A stretch of DNA of 64,000 nucleotides from an uncultured Methanoregulaceae archaeon (GCA_963717525.1 OY970343.1:992001-1056000); one strand, 5' to 3'; counted from the stretch's first letter, positions 1 to 10,670 are shown. The notes: a model not told the origin generated them from the sequence alone. Made by a program: numbers and translations.

Positions 1-2000
1 GGTAGATGACGTAGTCGGCGATGACCGACCGGGTCAGTTTCACGAGATCGATCTCGTCTTTGAGTTCCGTAACCTGCTTCTGCAGGAGGGCGATCTGCCC
101 TGCGGTGCATTGATAATCGGCAATCTTCTCTTCGGCAAATTTCTTGTCCCGTGCTGCATTAGCAATTGCGACATCGGCATCCCGTAGAGCCGCATAGGTC
201 TCTCTTTGCCGGGTTTCGGCTGCGTCGATCTCTGCCGGGTTGAACGGCGCTTTAAGGATTTCCTGTTCCAGCTTTACGAGGTCGGCATTCCGTTGATTTA
301 TCCGTTCCACGAGACCGGCGATCTGCTGTTTTAAGGAGACAGCCTGCCCGATCTTCTTCCCAAGTTCAGAAAACCGGGCCTGCACCTTCCGGACCGCGAC
401 CTCTTCCTGCCCGGCTGCACTGAAGGCCGATGGATCGAACGCGAGCTGTGCAAGGGCATCGGCACAGGCCTGTTCCTCCCGCAGCTTTGCGGCATGCTGG
501 GCGGTGAGTTCTGCGATCGTGTTCTCAAACTCCGCCCGGCGTTTCAGTTCTGCCGCGAGGGTCCGGAGCTCGCCCGTGACCGGTCGCAGTGCTTCGACTG
601 CCGCCTTTTCCTTCTCAACGATCTCCTGCTCTGCGAGATCGGCAACCGCCTTGTCTTCCAGCTCACGGAGTTTTGCATTAAACTCCTGCTCCAGGTTGCC
701 GAAATGGGTACCCAGTTTCTGCCCGGCAGAGTGGGCAGGTCCCGTCAGGCCCGGCCTTAACAATCGTCGCCCGGTCGGCTTCGATCTTCTCCCGCTCTTC
801 TTTGTACTGCTTCTGCTGTGCCAGAAGAGTGCTGGTCCGCTTTATGAGTTCTGCAAGCCGGAAGCTCACCGCGGTTTCGAGCCGGTCGTCCGCAATCTCC
901 GGGCCGGCGCCAAGACTCTGCCTGACCGAGGCAGCACGCCGGGCGTACTCCTCTGCTTCTTGTGCAAGATCGGCAAGCCGGCCTTTTTCCTTCTCGATCC
1001 TTGCTGTTATCTCCGCGGCCTGTGTTTTGCAGAACCCGAGTTCACCGGTGACCCGCTGGTGTTCGGCTTTCTGCCGGGTGAGCGTATCAAGCCGGGCCCG
1101 GATCTCCGCATACGACCCGGCAGTCTTTTCAAGCCCGTGATACTCGGCCTCGTCGTTTTTGAGCAGGGCAAGGGCCGATTCGATCGCCTGCTGCTGTGTC
1201 GTTTCGGTGGCGATCTCCTTTTTTATTGCCTGCTGCTGCTGCACGAGCCGGTCGTGTGCGGCTTTTTTCTCCGCGAGGACTTTAAGCCCCGTGTCGATCT
1301 CCGCCCGCTGCTTTGTGAGAAAATCTTTTTGCTTTTCGTGCCCTGCAATTGCGGCGGTGAAGGTGACGAGCGAATCTTTGAGGCGTGCGAGCTCGTCTTC
1401 GCTCTGCTGCCCGGCAAGAGCTTCAAGACGGCCGGTCAGGTTCCGGAGTTCGTCAGTCTTCTCGTCGCCCCGCTCCTTTAAGATCTTCTGGCTCTCCACG
1501 CTGAGGTAATCGATCCCGAGTGCTTTCAGGAACCACTCCTTCCTCTTCCCCGGGGTATTTTCAAGGAGGGTGAGGAGGTCTTTCTGCGCTGCGTAGATCG
1601 TGTTTTTGAAATCCACCGGGCCCATGCCCAGAGTCCGGCGCACCTCCGCCTCCACCTGGCTGACGCCGCTTGCGCGGAGCTTCCCATCCTTGTAGAAGTT
1701 CGCGTCGTGCTGGACGGTCTTTCCTTTCTTGAACGTCCTCACGACCGAGTACGCTTCACCGCCCACGGAAAAGTCGAGCCTGACCTCGCACTTGGCCTTT
1801 GGCGACGCAAAACCTGAAACAATGTAGTCGGCGGCAATACCGGTTGCCTGCACGCCGTACAGCGCAAAGAAGATCGCCTGCACGAGGCTCGATTTGCCCG
1901 TGCCGTTGTTCCCGAGGATGCCGGTGATGCCGTCCGAGAATTCGATCCTCTCGTCCCGGAACCGCTTAAAATTCTTCAGGACGAGCCGGTCAATGATCAT
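1..2000 (-). CDS. rad50: Rad50/SbcC SMC-family ATPase (runs off window start; 1-nt frameshift near 722)
   Basis: Starts MIIDRLVLKNFKRF; Walker A GNNGTGKS; Q-loop YAAQ; coiled coil; zinc hook CPLC. Removing one base near 722 restores CRQKLGTHFGNLEQEF. Overlaps mre11. Confidence 0.9.
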
Positions 2001-3138
2001 CGCCCACCTCCCGGTGCTCTTCCATGACCGCGGCGAGCACCTCGCGGCCGGTGGCGGCGACAAACGCCTTCTGCTTCGCGGAGAGCTGCTGCTTGTCGAG
2101 GAACGTCGAAAACTCCGCGAGGTAATCGATCGCCCGGACGTCCTGCTGGAGGGGTACGGCCATCTCTTCACCAGCGGCAACGACCCGGATCTTGAGGTCG
2201 AGGAGCAGCTCCCGCACCGGGGCAAGGGCCCGCATATCAATCCCCTTCCCGTGTTCCCGGGACATTCCGTCGAGCGTGACCTGCGCAAGCGAGAACTTTT
2301 CGGGCCGTTTCTGTTCCACCCGCCCGATGATCTCGTTAGTGATCTCTGCCATGTGCCGGCCGGCGCAGGCGATCGTGCCGCAGTCGTACATCGGCGTCCT
2401 GGGCAGGTCGAGGTGGTCGACCGTGTGCCTCGCGGGATCGACCACGAGGCCCCCCTTCTCATCCCGGATCTCGCCGTACGTCAGGTACTCGGTGGAGCCC
2501 GAGTACCATGCGTTCGTGGTGATCTGCGACTGGTTATGGTAATGGCCGAGCGCGATGTAATCGAATCTGTCGGACAGGATCGTGCTGTCGAGCTCGTGCT
2601 CCGCGACGGTCGCAAGCCGCTTGTCCTTTATCGCCGTCGCAAGCCCGTGGGTCACGAGCACGTTGTTCCTGCCGGGCGCGAGTTCGATTTTATCGTAGGC
2701 CGTGCGGTAATCCTCCACCCGGAGCATGTTCGGGATCAGGTGGAAGACCGTATCCCCGATCTCCACCCGCTCGTATTTGAACGAGTACGCGGCGTGGATC
2801 TCCGAGGGGTGGTAGTCGAGGACCGCGAGCGGCGACGTGGTGTACCGGGTCTTCACCATGCTGTGGTTGCCGGTCACGATCACGAGCGGGATGCCCGCCT
2901 CGTGAAGCCGCGTGAGCGCGTCGAGCACGGTGGTATAAGCCCGGGTCTTGGGCTTGACCGTATCGAAAAGATCGCCCGCGTGGACGAGGACATCCGGCTT
3001 TTCCCGGATGATAACGTCAATCGCAGCAAGGAAGTTATCGTAGATCTGCTTCTCGCGCAGGTTCATCCCCGAGTCCGGGTCGAGCCGGGAAAATGCGGCG
3101 AGGCCGAGGTGCGTGTCTGCGATGTGGACGAGCTTCAT
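1990..3138 (-). CDS. mre11: Mre11/SbcD metallophosphoesterase nuclease
   Basis: Motifs ADTHLG, AGDLFD, GNHS, ALGHYH, YSGS; coupled to rad50. Confidence 0.93.
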   Translation of the reverse strand: MKLVHIADTHLGLAAFSRLDPDSGMNLREKQIYDNFLAAIDVIIREKPDVLVHAGDLFDTVKPKTRAYTTVLDALTRLHEAGIPLVIVTGNHSMVKTRYTTSPLAVLDYHPSEIHAAYSFKYERVEIGDTVFHLIPNMLRVEDYRTAYDKIELAPGRNNVLVTHGLATAIKDKRLATVAEHELDSTILSDRFDYIALGHYHNQSQITTNAWYSGSTEYLTYGEIRDEKGGLVVDPARHTVDHLDLPRTPMYDCGTIACAGRHMAEITNEIIGRVEQKRPEKFSLAQVTLDGMSREHGKGIDMRALAPVRELLLDLKIRVVAAGEEMAVPLQQDVRAIDYLAEFSTFLDKQQLSAKQKAFVAATGREVLAAVMEEHREVGDDH

Positions 3139-3290
3139 TGTGTCTGATTTTTATTTGGGCGGTGGTGGGATATAAGGAGGAGGGGAGCGGGGGGAAAATG
3201 AGAGGGTTATGTAGTCCCTTTTTAATATGCCTTAAGAAAAATTTAACAACTTTTATCATTTGAAACTCTGATTTGTTGTTGTGAAGTCAT

Positions 3291-3503
3291 ATGCTTCGAC
3301 AAGCCGTTCAATCGAGTAATCTAAAATCGGTTGGGTATGACTATCAACAAAATCTTCTTGAAATTGAATTTATTAGCGGTGGGATTTATCAGTATAGTAG
3401 TGTGCCAAAGGATATGTACTCTGGTTTAATGGATGCACCCTCCCATGGAAAATTCTTTGCCCGATTCATTAAAGATCGTTTCCCCACAAAAAGAGTGCGT
3501 TAA
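3291..3503 (+). CDS. KTSC domain protein
   Basis: V.SSNLKSVGYD...LEIEF..GGIYQY..VP..Y..LM.A.SHGKFF..FIK is the KTSC pattern. Confidence 0.9.
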   Translation: MLRQAVQSSNLKSVGYDYQQNLLEIEFISGGIYQYSSVPKDMYSGLMDAPSHGKFFARFIKDRFPTKRVR

Positions 3504-3514
3504 CCCTTGATACC

Positions 3515-5540
3515 ATGATAATCGAATCGCTTCATGTGAAAAATTTTCGTTCGATCTATGATGAAAACATTTCTTGTGAGCGACTTACGGCTTTAGTTGG
3601 AGCAAATGGTTCCGGGAAATCATCATTTTTACATGCATTAAGGTTATTTTATTCAAAATCTCCAAAGATCGACTTTGAGGATTTTTACAATCGGAACATT
3701 GACGTTGAGATATCCATTGCTATAACCTTTAAAGATCTATCAGATAACGCGAAAACGCGTTTTTCCACTTACCTTCAAAATGAAAACCTAACTGTAGAAC
3801 GAGTTTTTTACTATCGTGAAGGAAATAGACTTGTAAACGCATATCATGGATCAACCCTCCAAAATCCGGATTTCAATAAAATTAAAGAAACTATAGGTAT
3901 TGGAGATAAGGGAAAAACGGCCCAAAGTCATTATTATGCTTTAAAAGAAAATTTGAAGTATCGAGTATTACCCGAATGGAGTAGACGCCTCCAAGATAAT
4001 ATTGTTAATTTAGAAAAATGGGAATCTGACCATTCGGATGACTGTGTCAGAATACGTGATAACGGTCAATTTTTTGGTTTTACAGAAGTGGCGCAAGGAT
4101 ATTTGGGAGAATTCACTCAATTTTTATTTATCCCTGCAGTGAAGGAAGCTACTGAAGAGGCTTATGAAATCAAAAGACTCCGTTTTGTCGAAATTAATGT
4201 ATTTTGTTGTCCGGAGTGTACTCGAAGAAAAAAAAGAAGTAATCAAGCTTCGAGAAACAACTCAAACAAATTATCAAAAAATAATGAATCCTGAAAAAAT
4301 TACTGAGCTTAAAGAATTATCGACTCAATTGACAACAACTCTAAAGCAATATGTTCCTGATGCACAAATTGAATTAGCATGGTTGCCATTAGGACAAATT
4401 GAAATCCCGTTACCCTCTGCCGAAGTAAAATTGTGGGAAGATGGGTATTCATCAACAGTTGATCGTACCGGACATGGTCTACAGCGAGTCTTTATTCTCA
4501 CCATATTGCAACATCTTTCAGTAATTCAAATTCGTTATGCGCAATTGCGTAAAGACGAAGCCAAAAATGAGAGTGATGGCGAAAAAGGGGCAACAATAGT
4601 TGAAAGTCCCGATCTTATTTTAGCGATTGAAGAACCTGAATTATTTCAACATCCAAATCGACAACGCCATTTTGCTAAAGTCCTTTTGCAGTTAGCTGAA
4701 GGGACATTACCCGGTGTTGCAGAAAAAACTCAGATTATATATTGTACTCATTCGCCACTTTTCGTGGGCATAGACCGAATTAATGAGATTCGGCTTTTAA
4801 AAAAGGTGAATAATTCCCAACTTCCTAAAATCACCAAAGTTGTTTGTACAGACTTAAAAAGAATTGCTGAAAAAATGTGTGTCATTTATGAAGTGGGGGC
4901 CGGGCATTTTACTGAAGATAACATCGTGCCACGGTTAAAATCAATAATGACTCCTTGGATGAATGAAGGATTTTTTGCAGATGTTGTTGTCCTTGTTGAA
5001 GGAGAAGATGATCGTGCAGCATTACTAGGTGCTGCAAATTCAATAAATATCGATTTTGAATCAAAAGGCTTCGCAATTATTCCTTGCGGTGGAAAATCAA
5101 ATATTGATCGACCATATCTTATTTTTACAGAATTAGGAATTTCAGCATATATTTTGTGGGACGGGGATTCCGGATTAGGTGAAACGGAAGGTAATTGCGT
5201 ATCTTGTGGAAGACCATTAGACAAAAAACCAAAGCCCGAAGAAAATCGAAGATTATTACGATTAATCGGTTCTGATGTTGTAGATTGGCCAAAATTTATT
5301 AATCAAAAGGGGGGCTGTTTCGAAAAAAACTTGGAAACAACATTAAAAGAAGAACTGGGGCCAGAATTGTATGAGTCATTAATTCTAAAGTATCAAATAG
5401 AATTCTCAATTCCCGAAAAGAAAAATGCTCAAAAAAATCCTGTCGTCCTTATGAATGTGATAAAATCAGCTAGAGAACAAGGAAAATCTTCAGCTTCACT
5501 TGAACGGATTATCCAAAACATAAATGAATTGAAAAAATAG
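3515..5540 (+). CDS. OLD-family ATP-dependent endonuclease (ABC ATPase + TOPRIM), split by a frameshift at ~4165-4176
   Basis: Walker A GANGSGKS; signature GHGLQR; Walker B/D-loop IEEPELFQHP; H-switch CTHS; TOPRIM LVEGEDD and WDGD. Confidence 0.88.
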
Positions 5541-6633
5541 TGGTTTGTATTCTTATGTTACCAGATTGGATCTCCCCAGGAAATTTTGTCATTACTCAAG
5601 AAGTTATCACTCTTTTTGAAAATAAACGAGAAATATTAGTTAAAATTGTTGATTATCTCTCTAAACTAGAGACCAAACCATTATTTATTACTATAGATTC
5701 GTTAAAGATGATCAAAGACAAAAATTTACGGGACCTAATTAATCCAATAATATCGACCCACAATTCGAAATTTGTTCAAAAGTCATTATGCAATCAAAAA
5801 AGAAATAATTGTACTGTTGGAATTATTCAGATGAATTTTGAAAATGAGAATAAATTTCCATTTAAATTAAAAGACGAGAAAGAAATCACCAAAAAAATTG
5901 AAAAAATTTTGAATTATTTAGAACCTTATAATATTGATATACTCTGTTTCCCGGAACTGAGTACCTCGAAAAAAATCATTGATGAGATTTTTTTAAAACA
6001 AGATAAAAAAATTCCGATTATAATTGGAGGCTCATTTTATAATGGTAATTTCAATTCATGTCCGATCATAATTGATTATCTTGGTAGAAACGAGATAGTA
6101 ATTCAAGAAAAAATTAATCTTTCAAAATGGGAAGATTCGTGTTTCCCTCAGAAAGCGATGTGCAAAGGTCGCACAATTAACATACCGATTTTGGCAATAT
6201 ATCTGTGTTACTTTGTTTAGATGGATTAGTGGAATCAAATAACTTACTTCAATTTTGTTCTGATAATGCCATAGATCTTGATTTGATCTTTATTATCTCT
6301 AAAACGAAGGACGTTTCGGAGTTTCACAATAAGATGCATGAACTTTCGACAAGGAATCGAAAATACTGCATATTTGTAAATTCTGCAACATTTGGACATT
6401 CGGGTTTGTACACCCCTTTGGAACGTGACTTTCATGACGAAAAATTAAATGCCTATCAATATCCATCTTGCACTGATGATAAATCGAAATGTATAATATT
6501 GAAACCAACCGAAGAAAGAATAATGATAATTAATCTTGAAGTTCGAGAAAAAGCCGAATATCATCCAACAAAAATTGTTAACCAATATTCAAATATAAAA
6601 TTGGTTTTAGATAAAAAATGGGAGGCCGGTTAA
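5540..6633 (+). CDS. Nitrilase/carbon-nitrogen hydrolase-fold protein with N-terminal extension (frameshift at ~6180)
   Basis: VGIIQMN, DILCFPELS (Glu), IIIGGS, QEKINLS (Lys); in the shifted frame TDFGNISVLLCLD (Cys) and IFVNSA. Confidence 0.75.
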
Positions 6634-6634
6634 T

Positions 6635-7510
6635 ATGGATGCGAATGATTGGACAACCCAAGCGTATGAAATTCACGTCACAGTCATGGGGCAAGACAAA
6701 GATGCATTCGTTGATATATTTCAATTGATGAAAAAATTAATTATTAATGAAAGTCAGCAAATTAAACCGGAAAGTGATTTTATTGAAGTATGCAGAGAGG
6801 TTACTGCTTCAGAAGATCATGATTTTGAGTATCTTTGTGGTGAAATAAAAAATTATAAAAAAACTATTGTGCCCCAGTATGACGATAAAACTGGCGGAGA
6901 AATCGTCGATAAAATTGAAGAACCCTTACGTCATGGACGTATTCGTTTTTTATTGGCTTCGAAAAAAGATAACCGCAGAGATCGAATCCAAAAAATTTAC
7001 GCCATTTTTTCAAAAAAAGGATATTACAATATTGAAAGATCATTTAACTATATAGTAAAAAAAATTCTTGATGAATATCCCTTAATTGCAAACTTTCGGT
7101 TGGGATACCCTGTCCCATTGATCGATACAAACATTCAAGAATTTTTTGGCTCACTTGATACAATTTCAAAAATCGATGTTGCAGATGTGAGATTGCCGAA
7201 TCCTAGGACCATTTCTGACTACATGAAATCTCTAATCACATTGAACTATCCCAATAGGATTTTATTTGAGGGCCAACCTCTCAAAAAGGACGGCCCAATT
7301 ATAGTCGATTTGATTAATATGTCTTACGATGAAAAATATGGAAAGACTTTGGAAATAATCGGTGAAAAAAATCATGAGAAACTTCGATATTCAAGAAGTG
7401 AATTAGCAACGTTTCCGATACCGTTTTCTGATATTGAATCTAGTAAAAACATTTTTGAAAAATTATTGCCTTTATTGAAAAAATTAGTTGCCAAACAAAA
7501 ATTAAAATAA
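6635..7510 (+). CDS. Hypothetical protein, last gene of the AT-rich operon
   Basis: 291-aa ORF starting 2 nt after the upstream stop; same AT-rich composition; T-tract follows the stop. Confidence 0.75.
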   Translation: MDANDWTTQAYEIHVTVMGQDKDAFVDIFQLMKKLIINESQQIKPESDFIEVCREVTASEDHDFEYLCGEIKNYKKTIVPQYDDKTGGEIVDKIEEPLRHGRIRFLLASKKDNRRDRIQKIYAIFSKKGYYNIERSFNYIVKKILDEYPLIANFRLGYPVPLIDTNIQEFFGSLDTISKIDVADVRLPNPRTISDYMKSLITLNYPNRILFEGQPLKKDGPIIVDLINMSYDEKYGKTLEIIGEKNHEKLRYSRSELATFPIPFSDIESSKNIFEKLLPLLKKLVAKQKLK

Positions 7511-7547
7511 TTTTTTTATGCACCGTTTAAGTTTAAGACGATTATCC

Positions 7548-8837
7548 TTACTCCATACTCGCGACCATCCATTTCAACCAGTTTATAATTGTGGATGCAC
7601 GCCGTCGTGCTGTCGTATCATTTAACTCCACGTGTTTCTGAATAATCGGTGCAAGGCGATCTGCACTCAACATTGTCAAATCACGGTTTTTACTTTCAAA
7701 TAGACCGATAATCTCGTTGAAAGATGGCCGTTTCAGCATCTGCTTCAGCAGCAACAGATTCCTCCGGGACCGGTTTTCCGATTTCGCAATAAACTCCCCT
7801 TCCCGCGTTAGTTCAAATTCTGTTGAATGGGGAATCCGCTTCAGCAATCCGAGATAATATCCGGCATTCAGGTAATAATCACCCTGCCGCTCATCGAAAT
7901 CAAAAAATTCCGCAATGGCCGGCTTATTGGTAAGACTCGCAGAATGGAAGTTAGTGACGATATCTATCACCTTATCAAGATCGTTTGCCTGAGGATATGG
8001 GATATCGGGCTCCGGCTCAATTTGTGATTCCGCCAATAATAATTTCAAGTTCACCGGTTGCTTTGCGGGTTCATTCACCGTGAAGCATTTACTCTTGACG
8101 CAGCGCAGTTCTCCGTATTCTTCACCGAACGCGAACTGCAAGATATAGAAAAGCCCGTTGGTATAGATGAAGAACAGAGGAATGATCTCTTTTGTGGATT
8201 TGCATGACCAGTCTTTGAAGGGATAATACAACTGGCGGATATTGAAATCTTCAACACGGCCGAGTTTGGCTTCGAAAATGTAGATTTTTTCAGGACTCTC
8301 GTATCCAGCATCGACTTCTATCTGTACACCATCGACTTCAACTGCATGATGATTGCCGGGTATTACCACACGAAATTTTTCAGACCGTTGTCTTCCGCGA
8401 ATAGTTAGATTGAGTTCCTTCTCATTGGTGAAGGTCTTGAGTAAGGAGACAAGATTTGCAAAATCAATTGCCTGTGATTCAGAAGATAGATTTCTCACAT
8501 CAAGACTTTGATATTCCCGATAATCCTTGGCTGGTTGGTATTCTTCGAGAGGAACTTCAGCGAGGATTTGTTCGAGGGAGTAATACGTATTAACAGGCTC
8601 ATCCCGAAAAATGATATATTTCCCATTCTCTACGGGGAGAATTGACAAATTGTTATGTTTAAAAACTTCAGGGCGGGAATTTTTTGTATCCTGCTTAGCA
8701 AGGAGCCGGGGTTCCCGTTTATCACTTGCTTCTTTGATATCATCCGCACTGACATAGGCGTAACCCTGCCGTTCGATTTCCGGCATGAGAGGAAGGCGCT
8801 CAAATATTTTCCCCCAGGCTACGTCATTTTGTGTCAT
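7548..8837 (-). CDS. Putative type II restriction endonuclease (DUF6996/DUF6997-like, PD-(D/E)XK core + C-terminal wHTH)
   Basis: ND.AW.KIFE start; REPRL.AK.D; QIEVDAGYE...IFEAK...FNIRQLYYPF; QANDLDK; directly downstream of a Dam MTase. Confidence 0.75.
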   Translation of the reverse strand: MTQNDVAWGKIFERLPLMPEIERQGYAYVSADDIKEASDKREPRLLAKQDTKNSRPEVFKHNNLSILPVENGKYIIFRDEPVNTYYSLEQILAEVPLEEYQPAKDYREYQSLDVRNLSSESQAIDFANLVSLLKTFTNEKELNLTIRGRQRSEKFRVVIPGNHHAVEVDGVQIEVDAGYESPEKIYIFEAKLGRVEDFNIRQLYYPFKDWSCKSTKEIIPLFFIYTNGLFYILQFAFGEEYGELRCVKSKCFTVNEPAKQPVNLKLLLAESQIEPEPDIPYPQANDLDKVIDIVTNFHSASLTNKPAIAEFFDFDERQGDYYLNAGYYLGLLKRIPHSTEFELTREGEFIAKSENRSRRNLLLLKQMLKRPSFNEIIGLFESKNRDLTMLSADRLAPIIQKHVELNDTTARRRASTIINWLKWMVASME

Positions 8838-8849
8838 ACGTGATCTCGA

Positions 8850-9794
8850 TTACGTTTTCTTTACTCGATAATTCGTAATTATCAACTCGTTAATATCTCC
8901 ACGTCGTGCGCCATTGCAGTTGATCATGCGCTTTGCAGGGACACGCTCGATGTAATATTCCGCGAAGAGATCATCAAAGAACGAATCGTCAGGATTCTCA
9001 TTCTTCGGATCAGAATTACTGAGCATAATCTTTGCGCCTTTTCCATCGAGTTCTTTGAAAAACTCAACCAGACGCATCTGATCATCCTCAAAAAAACCGT
9101 TTTTTGAATAAGATGTGAACGACGAGGTTTCGTTAAGTGGACGATAGGGCGGATCGAAGTATACGAATGTGTGTTTGTCCACAAATTTCTGGCATTGGGT
9201 GAAATCTCCCAGAATGATTTTCGTGGATTTCAATAATGTAGAAACATCCTTCAGATTATCTTCGTTCAGGATTTCCGGATTTTTGTATCTTCCGAACGGA
9301 ACGTTGAATTCTCCTTTTCGATTTACCCGGAACAAGCCGTTGTAACAGGTACGATTCAAAAAAATAATCTGGGCCACCCGTTCAATCCTTGTGGTGTGAT
9401 CTTTTTTAGATTTTATTTCTGGCAATTTCTGGTTAAACGCATCCCGAATTTCATAATAGAATGCTTCTCTCTTCTTGTCACTCTTGGAAAGATAACCTGA
9501 TTCCAAACTTTCTAACTCAGAAATCAATTTTTTTACGGATTGTTTAATCACGCGATAGGAAAGAATCAGTTCTTCGTTGATATCGCAAATGTAGCACTCT
9601 TCAAAAGAAAATCTCTGGTTGAGATAAAAGAAAACCGCTCCTCCGCCAATGAACGGCTCGACATATTTTGTAATTTTTTCTTTCCTGAATTCTCCCGGCA
9701 AACGTTTGCTAAACTCGTTGAGTAACTGGGTTTTGCCTCCGGCCCATTTGAGAAAAGGTCGTGCTGCTGGAACAAGTTTGGTTTGTTTTGCCAT
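8850..9794 (-). CDS. dam: Dam-family DNA N6-adenine methyltransferase (cognate to the REase)
   Basis: FLKWAGGK, YVEPFIGGG, YNGLFRVN, NVPFG, DPPY, SNS, ELIITNY. Confidence 0.93.
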   Translation of the reverse strand: MAKQTKLVPAARPFLKWAGGKTQLLNEFSKRLPGEFRKEKITKYVEPFIGGGAVFFYLNQRFSFEECYICDINEELILSYRVIKQSVKKLISELESLESGYLSKSDKKREAFYYEIRDAFNQKLPEIKSKKDHTTRIERVAQIIFLNRTCYNGLFRVNRKGEFNVPFGRYKNPEILNEDNLKDVSTLLKSTKIILGDFTQCQKFVDKHTFVYFDPPYRPLNETSSFTSYSKNGFFEDDQMRLVEFFKELDGKGAKIMLSNSDPKNENPDDSFFDDLFAEYYIERVPAKRMINCNGARRGDINELIITNYRVKKT

Positions 9795-10145
9795 TTTCGG
9801 GAGAACACCCTATCGGTATGAATGTCTTGTCTACAATGTTATCTTTCTACCATTATAGGATATTGAATTGAACCAAGGAGAGTGAAACTGATATCATGGT
9901 TTTCAAATTCCCTGAAAGTGATCCATAAAACCGCCCTGATTTCCGGAGCCATCCGGAATCCCTTCTGCCACCAAGGTACCACCCCTTCATGCACAAAAGA
10001 GGGGTGGGGGGTACCCCCTACCCTCCCTCCCCCCCTCCGGCCGTTTCCGGCACACCCGCTCCGGCGAAGGCTCCACACGAAATGCAGGATCATGGCGTTG
10101 GAACCATGAGGGGGTACCCCCACCTTCGCGGACAAAGGGGCAGGG

Positions 10146-10482
10146 GGATCACCCCTCCCCCACCCCCAAAATACGCCCTGTACGGCCCCGGATTCCCCCC
10201 AACCAGCTCCGGAAAACCCCGTAAAATGCCCGGATTTGGGGGCCATCCGGAAGTCGGTTATACGGGGTCATTTTGGAAAAATACCGCGTAATTGCCCCCT
10301 GATTTTGATCCCCAAAAAGGCCTTTTTTTCAATTCCGGCATACTTTGGGCCGTTCAAAGGGAGATCGGCCACCGGAGACGCGATAGCGGCCGATTCTCGC
10401 GGTGTCGGAATCCGGCGGTTTTAAGGGCGTATTTTGGCGGGAAAACGGTGATTTGAGGGGGGTTTTCTACGACGGTAAAGGA
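10146..10482 (+). repeat. ~340-bp dispersed non-coding element, copy 1
   Basis: Shares GGCCATCCGGAAGTCGGTTATACGG, CCGGCATACTTTGG, GAGATCGGCCACCGGA, GTCGGAATCCGGCGGTT and GTGATTTGAGG with copies at 14952 and 27478; inverted arms CCAAAATACGCCCT / AGGGCGTATTTTGG. Confidence 0.9.
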
Positions 10483-10512
10483 TTCCCGAAGGGAAGAGTG
10501 CTGCCATACCAG

Positions 10513-10602
10513 TGTGTAAGGTTATAACCCTACAGAAATGCGGGTTTGTGAAGGATCATAATCTGACACTTTTCTGAAAATGTGAGGGATTATAACCCGA
10601 CA
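10513..10602. repeat. Three imperfect 20-bp palindromes at an exact 34-bp period
   Basis: TGTAAGGTTATAACCCTACA (10515), TGAAGGATCATAATCTGACA (10549), TGAGGGATTATAACCCGACA (10583), each preceded by TG. Confidence 0.8.
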
Positions 10603-10670
10603 CAACCGGGTAGTAGTTCCATCCCAAACCATCATCCCCAAATACCCTCCCCCCCCAAAAATTAAAACTA

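Noticed and set aside
504..3147. Long plus-strand ORFs (504..1481, 1894..3147) and similar antisense ORFs across the window
   Set aside because: Shadows of GC-rich genes on the opposite strand, with no recognisable motifs.
4160..4180. Programmed frameshift or genuinely split OLD gene
   Set aside because: An ATG exists at 4164, but the many similar indels in the window make a sequencing error more parsimonious; no clear slippery heptamer with a stimulatory structure.
3515..5540. Gabija or retron system
   Set aside because: No UvrD-like GajB helicase and no reverse transcriptase adjacent.
9839..10424. ORFs overlapping the repeat copies (also 14847..15263 and 27395..27926)
   Set aside because: Starts, stops and frames are not conserved between copies; the similarity is at the DNA level.
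10513..10602. Mini-CRISPR array
   Set aside because: Spacers are only 12-14 nt, the repeats are degenerate, and there is no cas operon; the Cas4-like gene is a solo nuclease.
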